Shown: in pieces, positions 1-10,446 of the stretch
Numbering within the stretch: the stretch's first letter is position 1
Layout of the letters: every line of letters begins with the position of its first letter
Source: Amoeboaphelidium occidentale
Taxonomy: Eukaryota
NCBI GenBank assembly: GCA_023515795.1
Contig: JALGPX010000008.1
Coordinates: 124,001 to 188,000, forward strand
DNA: 64,000 nt
Reading direction: 5' to 3'
The notes under the pieces: generated by a model
Databases searched by the model: none
The model's input: the letters and a program-made list of their open reading frames with translations, nothing else
What the model was told of the DNA's origin: nothing
Position numbers and translations under genes: made by a program

Positions 1-2875
1 GAAACATTTAGGAAATTATGACACATTGCTTAAAACAGAAAGCAACAAGATCGGGTGTGAGCAAGACGATGCATGGGAAGCTGTATGGAAGTTGCAAAAA
101 TGGGACTTCGCTTCTGATTGTAGTGAGAATTCAGATAATGCTGCACCAAGCTTTAACTTCTGTATTTCTAAGATGCTTCAAACAACGAAGGATCATGATG
201 CTTTGCAAAAACTAGCGGTCAAGTCGAAACTTGATATTGCAACTGTAATGATGGAGAAAGGGTTTGGAGGCGAACTTCAACGTTGCCAAGAGGCTTTTAT
301 AAAATGCCAAATGCTTTACGAAGTCGAAAGCAAGAATAGCCGAACTTCATTGAGTATTGAGGATTTGACAAAGTACATAGACTCCAGGATTCACTTGACC
401 GAGAATTCCTTGAAAATTCGTGAGCCACTAATTTATCTTTTCAGGACTGTCTATGGAAATATGTACCCTGCCGAAGTTTCAGGGACATTATGGTTGCAGC
501 AAGCCAAGTTAGCTCGCAAATTTAATAACTTCTTGTTGGCTGAAAATTGTCTTTTGCATGCACAAGTTTATAATCCTCCAGGGATTTCAGTGGAAAGAGC
601 CAAACTTCTTTATTCTCTTGGTGAAACAAAGAAGGCTCTTGCGGAATTAGAAAGTGTCATTGTTTTACCAGAAGGAACGACAATAACTCAACAGAATCTT
701 ACAAGGAGTCCGTCCTATGGTAGCAATAACGACGAGCACAGCCAGAAAGACTCGGATTACTATCAAGTCAAAGCCCTCTTGCTTTATGCTAAATGGTTGT
801 ATGAAAAAGATTTAAAATCAAACAAAGACATTCAGGCTTATTACAAGAAAGCAGTTTCGCAATATGAAAAGTCAGAGAAGGCATACTTTCATTACGGTTC
901 TTTCTTCAACAAAATCTTGGAAGAATCTACAACCATGAAGCTACAAAGATTGCTTGAAAGACAAGATCAGGGCAAAGCTGAAGACAGGAATGCAGCAGCG
1001 AAAGAATTGCAAGACTGTTTCATGCTGTATTCTGAACAAGTGGCATACGTCATCAAGAATTATGCAAGAAGCCTACAGTTCGGGAACAAATTCTTATTTC
1101 AGTCATTACCTAGATTACTGACACTCTGGCTTGATTACTCGGAACAGGCGGCCGATAGTTCGAAGAATCCTAGTATTGCGGCTATCAGACTGAAGACAAT
1201 AGCTAGTTTAGACAGTTACTGTGTTTCACTCGAAAAGAAATCTCCTGTGTATATATTTCTTCCTGTGTTAAGACAACTTGTATCTAGAGTTTGTCACCCA
1301 CACGAGAGCAGCTGGTTGGTAATGAGCAAGATCCTTGTGAAGGTTTTACTGGAATACCCGCACCAAGCGCTTTGGCATTTAGTACCTGGTCTGAAGTCTA
1401 CTGCAGATCCTGGTAGAGTGAGACGTTGCACTGAAGTCATAAACAATGCAAAAGAGGATAAAACAATCAAAGTTCTTCGGAAAGATTATCTCACGATCGT
1501 AGAGCAGTTCTTGAATATCTGTAATTATGTTATCCCGGAGAAAGAGAACAAGAAGGATAGAAAAGGCGGACAAGTCAATCATCTTACAATAAGTGGCGAC
1601 TTTCCGTCATTGAAAAGACTGGTACCGATTAATGTCATACTTCCTATTCAAGATTCCTTGACCCCTTCGTTATCAAGTTCCATGTCTTCATCCCCTCAAG
1701 GATTTAAAGCTTTTGGAGATAATCTGCCAACCATCCATTCGTTCAAAGACAAAATACAACTTATGAATAGTTTGCAAAGACCAAGAAAAGTCGGTATTTT
1801 CGGCACAGATGGCAAACTGTACAATTTCTTGTGCAAACCGAAAGATGATCTTAGGAAAGATTGCAGAGTTATTGACTTTTTCAGTGTCATTAATACTTTG
1901 TTTGAGAGGGACACAGAATCCAAGAGAAGAAACTTGAAGATCAGGACTTATGCAGTGATGCCGTTGAACGAAGAGTGCGGCCTTATCGAATGGGTACCAA
2001 ACACGAATACCATAAGAAATGTGTTCGGAAAACTGTACAAAGAAAAGAAGGTACAAGTACATTTGTCTGTAGATGCATGGCAAGAAGCACTCAGACAAAA
2101 GAAACATTTGCAATACTTTTCACAAAACTTACTCAAACCACATCAGCCTCCTGTGTTTCATTCATGGTTCGTAAAGACTTTTACAGATCCAAAAGAATGG
2201 TTCATGGCTCGCAACAGATGGACAAGAACAATAGCAATTATGTCGATTGTTGGTTTCATACTTGGGCTAGGAGATAGGCATTCGGAAAATATCCTTATTG
2301 ATGAATCTACCGGAGATGCAGTTCATGTGGATTTTAACTGTTTGTTCGAGAAAGGTCTTGTTTTTGATTATCCAGAGAGAGTACCGTTCAGATTAACACA
2401 TAATGTTGTTGACGCTTTTGGCGTTACAGAGACTGATGGCATTTACACCAAAACATGTGAGCTTGTTCTGGCTTTGCTTCGATCGAATGAAGCAACACTC
2501 ATGTCTGTGTTGGAAGCTTTTGTTCACGATCCTTTACTTGAATTTCATACTTCTTCAAAAAAGAGTGGAGCCCAAACTAAGTCAGAGAGAGCAAAGCAAC
2601 AGGCGAGAACAGTTTTAATGAATATCTCTTCCAAACTGAGAGGTGGTTTAGGATGGACATACCAGTTTAATGTTGTTTGTGATATGTATGGCAAGAGCAG
2701 CTCTAACGCGAAGAACATTGTCTCAGCTGCAAGTGGGAGTGAAGTTGCTATAGAGAGAGCAAGGCTACACGAACAGAAAATGAGCGTTGAAGGTCAGGTA
2801 CAAGTCCTCATCCAACAAGCACGTTCCTATGAGTACATGAGCCAAATGTGGATAGGCTGGAGTGCATATTACTAA
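1..2875 (+). CDS. ATR: ATR/Mec1/Rad3 PIKK kinase, 3' part (FAT, kinase, FATC); 5' end lies outside the window
   Basis: PIKK motifs LCKPKDDLRKD, GLIEWV and GLGDRHSENIL...HVDFNCLF; LPRLLTLWLD; FATC ending MWIGWSAYY is typical of ATR. Confidence 0.93.
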   Translation, partial: KHLGNYDTLLKTESNKIGCEQDDAWEAVWKLQKWDFASDCSENSDNAAPSFNFCISKMLQTTKDHDALQKLAVKSKLDIATVMMEKGFGGELQRCQEAFIKCQMLYEVESKNSRTSLSIEDLTKYIDSRIHLTENSLKIREPLIYLFRTVYGNMYPAEVSGTLWLQQAKLARKFNNFLLAENCLLHAQVYNPPGISVERAKLLYSLGETKKALAELESVIVLPEGTTITQQNLTRSPSYGSNNDEHSQKDSDYYQVKALLLYAKWLYEKDLKSNKDIQAYYKKAVSQYEKSEKAYFHYGSFFNKILEESTTMKLQRLLERQDQGKAEDRNAAAKELQDCFMLYSEQVAYVIKNYARSLQFGNKFLFQSLPRLLTLWLDYSEQAADSSKNPSIAAIRLKTIASLDSYCVSLEKKSPVYIFLPVLRQLVSRVCHPHESSWLVMSKILVKVLLEYPHQALWHLVPGLKSTADPGRVRRCTEVINNAKEDKTIKVLRKDYLTIVEQFLNICNYVIPEKENKKDRKGGQVNHLTISGDFPSLKRLVPINVILPIQDSLTPSLSSSMSSSPQGFKAFGDNLPTIHSFKDKIQLMNSLQRPRKVGIFGTDGKLYNFLCKPKDDLRKDCRVIDFFSVINTLFERDTESKRRNLKIRTYAVMPLNEECGLIEWVPNTNTIRNVFGKLYKEKKVQVHLSVDAWQEALRQKKHLQYFSQNLLKPHQPPVFHSWFVKTFTDPKEWFMARNRWTRTIAIMSIVGFILGLGDRHSENILIDESTGDAVHVDFNCLFEKGLVFDYPERVPFRLTHNVVDAFGVTETDGIYTKTCELVLALLRSNEATLMSVLEAFVHDPLLEFHTSSKKSGAQTKSERAKQQARTVLMNISSKLRGGLGWTYQFNVVCDMYGKSSSNAKNIVSAASGSEVAIERARLHEQKMSVEGQVQVLIQQARSYEYMSQMWIGWSAYY

Positions 2876-3000
2876 TCGCGCAAGTGTTGCAGCCTCTGCA
2901 AGAGTACTGCTTGTGAGTTTATACTTTATTAAATATATTAATTGTGTGTGCATTTGAAACAGCTGCAATCTGAATCAAACCGCAATTTCTTCCGGGCGAC

Positions 3001-5217
3001 ATGCTATTCGATCGACAGGAACAAACAGCGCAGCAACAGAACAGAGAAAAGCTGGAACAAATTAAAATATACCTCAACGGCCTACTGAATTCTGCGAATG
3101 CTTTTCACCAGCAGCACTCCCGACCTCCAAGCCGGCCACCATCAGCAGCGTTCTCTTCCGGAAAAGAAGAATCAACTGGTCTGTTAAAGTCAACACTTTT
3201 TCTATTGAACTCTGCTGAGGAAGAATCGCTTCTATTTCGACTGCACTCTGACTTGCCTCTGATTTTACGTGGTCTTTTTGGTTCCGCTACGACTGGCCCA
3301 GGGATTCTGGCTTTCTTGTCGACACCTGCTGAGGAGCAATTAGCGCAAGAAATTCTGGGCTGCGATGGTATGCTGTTTCATTTCCTTCTGAAAGGACTCT
3401 TGATGGATGTGTTTTCATATGACAATTTTAACTTGGAGTGTCTGTCTTCAGCTTTGCGATCAAGATTGTTGCAACAAGCTGGCGTGCCTTACGATTCAAG
3501 CAATATGCCTTCTTTTGGAATATTTGATGATGTTTTTAAAGACAAAGCTGTGAATGGTAAATTGCGTTTGAACTTGATGGAGTATTTTCTTTACTATTAC
3601 TTGTATTTCGTTAAGCTGGAGGAAGTATTGTCAAGCCAAGAAAAGGAGAATGTTTCATTTGGCTCGTCTGATGGCATGAAAAAGGCATTGTCCCTGCTTT
3701 CCGTGAATCCAACTAAGGATACGCAAAAGAGCAATTTTGGTTTATTTTCTACGACTTCAAGTGGACACAAGAAGTATGCCAAGAATTACTCTGCTTACTT
3801 GAAAGTATTCAAAGGATTTTTGCAATTCTTTGTTCCTTATCCTTCTTCATCTCAGAAATCTATCTTGGAATGCGTGTTCTTATCAAGGAACCAGCAGGTT
3901 GCAACATCACAGTATTTCATTGTCGTGCTGGTTGAGATTCTTCTAAGGTTTGAAGCGAGCTTGTCTGTTACTCCGTCTGAGTTGGCTGTTAAATGTATCG
4001 CTCTTGTTCAAGAGTATATTCTAAACGTGCCTATGCTGAATAATCAGCAAAAGTCCTTTTATGGCGCTTACAATGAAGATTACGAAGTTGTGTACATGTT
4101 GAACGATTTACTGAAGAAGTATTTTTATGGATCTTATTTCAAATACTTTTCTTCTTTGTTGAGAATATTTAACGATCCATCTTCTATGAGTTATAATGAA
4201 ACTGTAATCAGCATGTTTACCACCCTGATGAAAAACAAATCTTTTGTATCTGGTTCTGAAGAAGAGTTTCTGTTAATCGAAAACCTATTCATGTCCAAAT
4301 ACCTTTCATTGCTAATCACTGGGGTTGATTCTTTGATGACTTTTCTATCTTGTGCTTCCGGGTCATACTTCTTTTTCAAGGAAGAATTTAAAGGCGTTGT
4401 TGTTGATATAAAACGGCTTCGTTTGGTAATTAAGTATTTGTATCCTTATCCGGAACTAAATAATTCTTTGAACAAAGACGATGTCGACAAGACTTATTCA
4501 AAGCTATTCACAGTTCAGAAAGGATTATTGCTTGTTATCAAGAATATGAAGGATTTTAATGGAAAGAAGCAAGAAGGAGTATTTGACAGACTCAAAGAAA
4601 TGATTCAAGCTCCTACTTTCAATACTCATAACGTCTTAGAAAAGTATCACGATCACTTGGAAGTTGTTAATCAAGTTATTGCTATGCTTGATCAAGTCTT
4701 TGGAGATTTGCCTGGAAGATCTTTATGGGAAGACAAAGCTGATCAGTTAGTCAAGAATGCTTTTAAAAGTTCTACTGTACAGCAAACGGTGACAAAATTG
4801 ACTGATGATGTCAAGTGGAGAATTAAAACCGGTCAAATTAAATTGAGCAACAAAGATGTTGTGCGTTCATCGCCGTCGCGTGTTGGACAGAAATCTAGAT
4901 TGCCGTTTGAGAAGCGCAAGTTCCGTGACGAGTTTGCCGATTATACCCTGACAAAATCATACGAAATCAAGATTCTAGTTTATTATTTGGTTTCATTTGG
5001 TTCTTGGTTAAACTATGTAATTGCATCTTTGATCATGAACGTTGCTGATAAAATGAGAATTCCAGTGTCCCAAGAGTTTGTAGAGGGCTTAGACAGGAAT
5101 ATCCGTTTTGATATTCTCTTGAGGCATCTCGCAAGTATCAACAACATTCTGTTCTTTAGCGCTGTATACTTTGTAGTTTACGGATTATTGAGAATCTTTT
5201 CTTTCTTGGGAAAATAA
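3001..5217 (+). CDS. SMPD4: Sphingomyelin phosphodiesterase 4 (nSMase3/NET13)-like protein
   Basis: LNLMEYFLYYY, KSYEIKILV and LRHLAS followed by a C-terminal hydrophobic helix match conserved SMPD4 blocks as I recall them. Confidence 0.65.
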   Translation: MLFDRQEQTAQQQNREKLEQIKIYLNGLLNSANAFHQQHSRPPSRPPSAAFSSGKEESTGLLKSTLFLLNSAEEESLLFRLHSDLPLILRGLFGSATTGPGILAFLSTPAEEQLAQEILGCDGMLFHFLLKGLLMDVFSYDNFNLECLSSALRSRLLQQAGVPYDSSNMPSFGIFDDVFKDKAVNGKLRLNLMEYFLYYYLYFVKLEEVLSSQEKENVSFGSSDGMKKALSLLSVNPTKDTQKSNFGLFSTTSSGHKKYAKNYSAYLKVFKGFLQFFVPYPSSSQKSILECVFLSRNQQVATSQYFIVVLVEILLRFEASLSVTPSELAVKCIALVQEYILNVPMLNNQQKSFYGAYNEDYEVVYMLNDLLKKYFYGSYFKYFSSLLRIFNDPSSMSYNETVISMFTTLMKNKSFVSGSEEEFLLIENLFMSKYLSLLITGVDSLMTFLSCASGSYFFFKEEFKGVVVDIKRLRLVIKYLYPYPELNNSLNKDDVDKTYSKLFTVQKGLLLVIKNMKDFNGKKQEGVFDRLKEMIQAPTFNTHNVLEKYHDHLEVVNQVIAMLDQVFGDLPGRSLWEDKADQLVKNAFKSSTVQQTVTKLTDDVKWRIKTGQIKLSNKDVVRSSPSRVGQKSRLPFEKRKFRDEFADYTLTKSYEIKILVYYLVSFGSWLNYVIASLIMNVADKMRIPVSQEFVEGLDRNIRFDILLRHLASINNILFFSAVYFVVYGLLRIFSFLGK

Positions 5218-7794
5218 ATGCCGAATACTGTGCTTTTGTGCGAGAATCAAATCAATGGTCTCAAACAAGTTTCTTATTTGCCTTTTATCCAAATTTGAGG
5301 CACAGCTGACATAGTATCTCCTCAGTTTGTTCACAGAAATTAACTCATCGTCATCAATGAGTTTCATCAAAAGAGTGCTCAGATCGTTTATGTCCCAAAT
5401 ATTGTCAACTTCTTTCATCAAATCCGGAGGTTCAGGAATTGGCAGATAAATTATTGGCTTTGTTTTTTTCTGTTTGTCTCTCAACTTGTTCCATCTTTCT
5501 AATTCAATCTGCTGCATCTTGATTCCTTTAGCCATGTCCTTATTGTTGACTTCATTCAGATCCTCTTGTTTTCGTTTTGCAGGACTAAAGAACGATTTGA
5601 CGGCGTCATTTTGCTTACTTGCTATTTTCTTTGCTGGCGGGGAGACAGCCTTGGCTCCTCTGGTTAAAGTAAACCCAAGACCCCGAATTTCTAAAGTGGA
5701 TTTGTCTAAAGACAATTTCTCATTGGGAAACAGATCTTCAAACCTATCCTTGCAGGAATTAATAATCGTATCTCTGGTTTCTGCGTAAAGATCATCTGCA
5801 GTATACTTCTGGTGAGTTTGCAGTTTCACAGATTTTGTAACAGTTTCGCACATGCCACAACCTAAAAACTTGTATTGGTTCTCGTAGGGTGCATCTTTAT
5901 GCCTGAAATTGAGAATTACGGTAATTTTCTGCATCTCTGCAACGAAATCATTTTCATTAAGCGATGCTCTTTGCACAACTTCTTTAAGTAATTTCTGTAC
6001 AAACTCTTCCAAATCTTTCAAAAGACTAAATCTCACACCCCAATTAACTTCCGCGCTCACAGTTTTCCTCAAATCATTCTGGTGTTCAGAACCTCTAGGT
6101 GCAGCGTTTTCGGCAATAATTTTGTTATCAATGCCTGATATAGTGGCGAATAGCTTTTGCCCCTGCTTAGAACCAAATTCTCTCTTAAACTCTTCTGCGG
6201 TACTAAACACTTGCAAAACTTCAGCACAAGTGATGCGTGACACGGGCTTCTTGTCAAAGAACGATTCGCCATCTTCATCTCCGTCCTCAAACTCGACAGT
6301 ATCAATCCCTGTTGTTTTCCTTGCTACAATCTTGTTAACTCTTTCTTCGAATGACCAACCGATCCCTGGCAAATCTCTTATACGCATGGACTTCATTTTG
6401 TTCTCAAGTTCTTCCTTTCCATTTAGATAGTAAATACCCTCTGGCTTGGCCTGTTTTGTAGCAATTTTCGCAGCCAAAACACTTTCACCAATTCCAATAG
6501 ATGCTACCAGTTGTGTTTTAGCGTATATTTCCATCTGAATCAGCTGTGCTATTGTTAGAATATCATTCTGTGACCGGTCAACTATCCTGTCCTTCTGAAA
6601 AGGAATCTTACAATTAACAGCGGACTGTTCCGCGTCTTTGACCTCCGTTCCTACTGTAAACTCTAACAGCGCTTCATCGCATGATACAGCTTCTAGAGCG
6701 TTCGGATAGTTTAACAGGACCGAATAAAGATCATATGCAGCCCTTTTGTACTTCTCAAACTCATAACCTACTATGACCAAATCCTTGCAAAGTCTTTTTG
6801 CTTCGCCAATTAACATTCCATTCTTTACACCAAATTTTCTGGCAATGTAATTACAAGATGCGACATCACTAGATTTCAGCCCACCCATACCTTGCCCATG
6901 GCTGACACCAACAGGTTTGCCTTCCAATTCTTTGTTATTTAAAACAGCGACAGAGGCAAAGAAGCAATCCATATCTACATGCATGATAAGTTTCTTTTTG
7001 CCAGGCTTCCCATTTCTAAATGTAAATTTTTGCAGCTCTTGTTTCCATGCACTCAGGTGATGCAATCTACTCGTTTGGAAGTACGAATTGACGAAATTGG
7101 GATCAGTTGTTTTGACAGGTGTATCAGATTTCCTTTCTTCGACTATGACAACCTCTTCCTCCTGAACCTTCTGTGGAGTTTTTGAGAAAGTGTTCTTTTC
7201 GTTTATCATATACTTTGTAATGGGATTAACACCAAGGTTCGTATGGCTTGCCAAATGAACGTGTTCCAAGCGATAATCCATCCAATTAAGAAGTTTGCCA
7301 GCTTTCACAGACTCGACAATCCATTCAGGCTTCACTACCTTCTTACCCTTCAAGTCTCTACTTCTGCTCTTGCTCAAATTGCTCGCAACCACATGAGTTA
7401 CAGCAGAAGAGTCGTAGTAATGGTAAAACTTCCCTCCGTGCTCTTGCATGATCTGTTTCAACTCAGTAAATGATGGCACAGTGTGACCAGTTATGTGAAT
7501 AGCAACGCTCTTAAATATCTCGGACTGTAATGGCCCAGCCCTTTCAGCCTCGAACTGTTCGTCTAGCTTATTTATCTTTGCGTGCATGTAGTCACCAAAC
7601 GACTTGAATGCTTCCTTCATCCGTGGAGTAGACCTCAAACGCTCCACAAGCTTTTGGTCTTCATCGTCTTCTTCTTGTTCTTCTTCAATAACGATAACTT
7701 CTTCGCTTATTTCCTTTTGCTTTTCCTGTAGCTTTTGGCTCTGTTCCTCCTCGAATTTCCTTTTTCTATCAGCAGAGCTTTCCACTTTGACCAT
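5185..7794 (-). CDS. REV1: DNA repair protein REV1 (BRCT + Y-family polymerase)
   Basis: N-terminal BRCT (THVVASNL, KPEWIVES), SRLHHLSAWK, HVDMDCFF and SCDE motifs. Confidence 0.95.
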   Translation of the reverse strand: MVKVESSADRKRKFEEEQSQKLQEKQKEISEEVIVIEEEQEEDDEDQKLVERLRSTPRMKEAFKSFGDYMHAKINKLDEQFEAERAGPLQSEIFKSVAIHITGHTVPSFTELKQIMQEHGGKFYHYYDSSAVTHVVASNLSKSRSRDLKGKKVVKPEWIVESVKAGKLLNWMDYRLEHVHLASHTNLGVNPITKYMINEKNTFSKTPQKVQEEEVVIVEERKSDTPVKTTDPNFVNSYFQTSRLHHLSAWKQELQKFTFRNGKPGKKKLIMHVDMDCFFASVAVLNNKELEGKPVGVSHGQGMGGLKSSDVASCNYIARKFGVKNGMLIGEAKRLCKDLVIVGYEFEKYKRAAYDLYSVLLNYPNALEAVSCDEALLEFTVGTEVKDAEQSAVNCKIPFQKDRIVDRSQNDILTIAQLIQMEIYAKTQLVASIGIGESVLAAKIATKQAKPEGIYYLNGKEELENKMKSMRIRDLPGIGWSFEERVNKIVARKTTGIDTVEFEDGDEDGESFFDKKPVSRITCAEVLQVFSTAEEFKREFGSKQGQKLFATISGIDNKIIAENAAPRGSEHQNDLRKTVSAEVNWGVRFSLLKDLEEFVQKLLKEVVQRASLNENDFVAEMQKITVILNFRHKDAPYENQYKFLGCGMCETVTKSVKLQTHQKYTADDLYAETRDTIINSCKDRFEDLFPNEKLSLDKSTLEIRGLGFTLTRGAKAVSPPAKKIASKQNDAVKSFFSPAKRKQEDLNEVNNKDMAKGIKMQQIELERWNKLRDKQKKTKPIIYLPIPEPPDLMKEVDNIWDINDLSTLLMKLIDDDELISVNKLRRYYVSCASNLDKRQIRNLFETIDLILAQKHSIRHLFSQERKDSQ

Positions 7795-7810
7795 ATCGCA
7801 GTATTCCGGA

Positions 7811-9415
7811 ATGATATTTTTCCTTTATGGACTTTTAAAAGCAGCAGCGTTCCTGTTCTGTCTAATCGCTGGGGTGTGGATGTTCTCTGTGTACGTTACC
7901 AGGCAGCTAGCAAAATTGTCACGGCTGAAATACTTTATGAAATTGGGTCAATTGAATTCTCTTGGAACTTTAGCTTCAGTGCCCCGGAGGACTTTTTACT
8001 CTAAAGAACCAGACGAAGAGTCTAGACCGACCATTATTGGACTATTTCATCCGTACTGGTAAATGTTTCAGGCTTGATCTTTGTAATTGTGAAGTCATGC
8101 TGGCGGTGGCGGCGAACGTGTGCTTTGGATGGCTATAAAGAGTCTTCAGGAGCACTTTAAAGGCAAAGAGCGTTTGGTTCATTTGTTGGTGTTCACTGGT
8201 GATGAAGGCGTTTTGCCAGATGAGTTTTACGAGAGAGCCAAACAGCGTTTCAACATCGAATTGGATGGGCCTGTTGAATTTATTTACCTGAAGCGGCGAT
8301 ATTTAGTCGAAGATAAGACGTGAGCCTAATTTTGCTTGTCTGAATGCTGATATAATCTGTTTAGGTATCCACATGCCACACTCTTGCTTCAAAGTTTTGG
8401 CGGCTTTTTGCTGGGCTTGGAAGCGTTCTCATACGTTGTGCCTGACATATTCGTTGATACCATGGGCTACTCCTTTACTTATCCGCTTTTTAAATATCTT
8501 GGCCAGTCTGAAGTTGTTTGTTATGTTCATTATCCAACGATAAGTTACGACATGTTGGAGGTTGTTAGACAGCGTACTTCTACATATAACAATAACTCCG
8601 CTATAGCACAAAGCCCTTTAATGTCTAGGTTGAAGGAATTCTACTACGAATATTTTGCTACTGCTTATGGTTTCGCGGGTAGATGTGCAGATGTAGTAAT
8701 GGCTAATTCATCATGGACGAAAATGCACTTGGACATCATATGGGAGGTTCCCCAAAAGGTTAAAATAGTATACCCTCCATGTGATACTGCAAATTTTTCA
8801 AAGTTTTCTTTAGAAGGTCGAGGCAATCTTATTTTATCAATAGCTCAGTTCCGACCAGAGAAGAATCATAAACTGCAATTGGATGCTTTCCACAAGTATG
8901 TCAGTTCACCTGGAGCTTCGCCGGATGCAAGATTAATGCTTATTGGTGGAGCTAGAAACGAAGAAGATCTTGCTCGAGTAAAATCTTTAGAGGACCATGC
9001 TAATAAGCTGGAACTTGGAGGTCGAGTCGCTATTGTTGTCAATATGCCCTTTTCTGAATTGAAGAAAATGTTAAGTTCAGCTAAAATAGGGTTACATTCA
9101 ATGTGGAATGAACATTTCGGTATAGGTGTTGTCGAATATATGGCTGCTGGTTGTATTACTGCTGCACATAATTCTGGAGGACCAAAGATGGACATTGTCG
9201 TTCCATACGGATCTCAAGCAACTGGATTTCTAGCTAGTACTGTTGAAGAATATGCTGATACGTTCAAGCAAATTTACGAAATGAGTGAAGAAGAATGTTT
9301 GAAGATGCAAAAGGCAGCAAGAGCAAATGTTTGTGAACGGTTCTCGGAGGATATATTCTCTCGAAAATTTATATCTTCGCTCTCTCTTTTATTGAAAAAA
9401 TTGGAACTTGAATGA
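7811..9415 (+). CDS. ALG11: Alpha-1,2-mannosyltransferase ALG11; introns 8059-8094 and 8320-8364
   Basis: Splicing restores FHPYCHAGGGGERVLW and TYPHATLLLQS; also YVHYPTIS, QFRPEKNH and NEHFGIGVVE. Confidence 0.95.
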
Positions 9416-9420
9416 TATGA

Positions 9421-10182
9421 TTAGTTATAGAAATTCATTGAGTTTGAATGTGCCGCCTGGTAATTGTAATCATTCAACGCTTTCGTTTCAGCATTATCTC
9501 TGGGCCAATAAAATTTGTAAACCACAAATCCAATTATAGCCAAAGCTAAAACTCCAACGACTACTGAGATGGATATTATTATCGTGTTCATATTTGAACC
9601 AGCTTTTGGTGGAATCGCTTTTAGAAACTCAGCAGATGGAGAATTAGGAATATCACCATGCTCAACATATAGGAGCTGTATGAAGCCACGATCGTCTAAT
9701 TGAATTTTTTCACCAACTGAGACGGATTCAAAAAGAACAGTATTCGGCAACGGATTCCCTTCATTAGGATCATACTTTGCTCTGAGCCAGACACGCTTTC
9801 CTTTTGATGATATCTTGTCTTCGTCGTCTCCGTAAGCGAAGGTAAACCATTTTGCAGGAGCGCCACTTGTGCTAGGAACATTGATCTTGCCACTCTTTTT
9901 AGCTGATGTTTCAAGAACTTCTTGACCAGCTGTTGGAAATCGCGCATACAATATCCATAACTCTTTCATGTCTTCCTCTGGTAATAGCTCAAAGTACGCG
10001 CCAAACTCTTTCTTGTCTTCATCTAGCCAGTCGATTTTGTAGCTCACACTCATTTTCCATGGGTTGATGGTTGTGTTTGAATAGTATGGATCTTTGCTGT
10101 TTGGTGCCAAAGCAGAGCTACTCTGCCCCGAAACAAGCATGAACCCAATAGATAAGGTCACTAATAGAATCTTTGTGATCAT
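9421..10182 (-). CDS. Type I membrane protein with signal peptide and possible CBM2-like ectodomain (253 aa)
   Basis: Hydrophobic N-terminus MITKILLVTLSIGFMLVSG, one C-terminal TM segment (IIISISVVVGVLALAIIGFVVY) and a short tail. Confidence 0.75.
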   Translation of the reverse strand: MITKILLVTLSIGFMLVSGQSSSALAPNSKDPYYSNTTINPWKMSVSYKIDWLDEDKKEFGAYFELLPEEDMKELWILYARFPTAGQEVLETSAKKSGKINVPSTSGAPAKWFTFAYGDDEDKISSKGKRVWLRAKYDPNEGNPLPNTVLFESVSVGEKIQLDDRGFIQLLYVEHGDIPNSPSAEFLKAIPPKAGSNMNTIIISISVVVGVLALAIIGFVVYKFYWPRDNAETKALNDYNYQAAHSNSMNFYN

Positions 10183-10446
10183 TTTGAATAAAATTTCCGT
10201 TGAAGCTGATAAACTGAGTTGAATCTTGGGACTGTTACATGCACATGATTCAGCAATCCAATAGCTTCGACCAGCTTGAGCTTGATATTTAGCAATCAAA
10301 TCTGCAACTCAACTCATTGAAAATGACAGTATAGTTTATTCTTGAGGCGATTTGTAAGCGCTCAGGAAGAACGAGAATCGAGTATCAATATTGTCTAACT
10401 TTACAGCCAAATCGTTATCGAAATCGAGGGTTAAATTATTGAAGGA

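Noticed and set aside
5474..7473. Numerous antisense and alternate-frame ORFs here and inside TKL1, ABCB, FOX2 and the P4-ATPase
   Set aside because: They are shadows of long conserved CDSs, mostly with non-ATG starts and no recognisable motifs.
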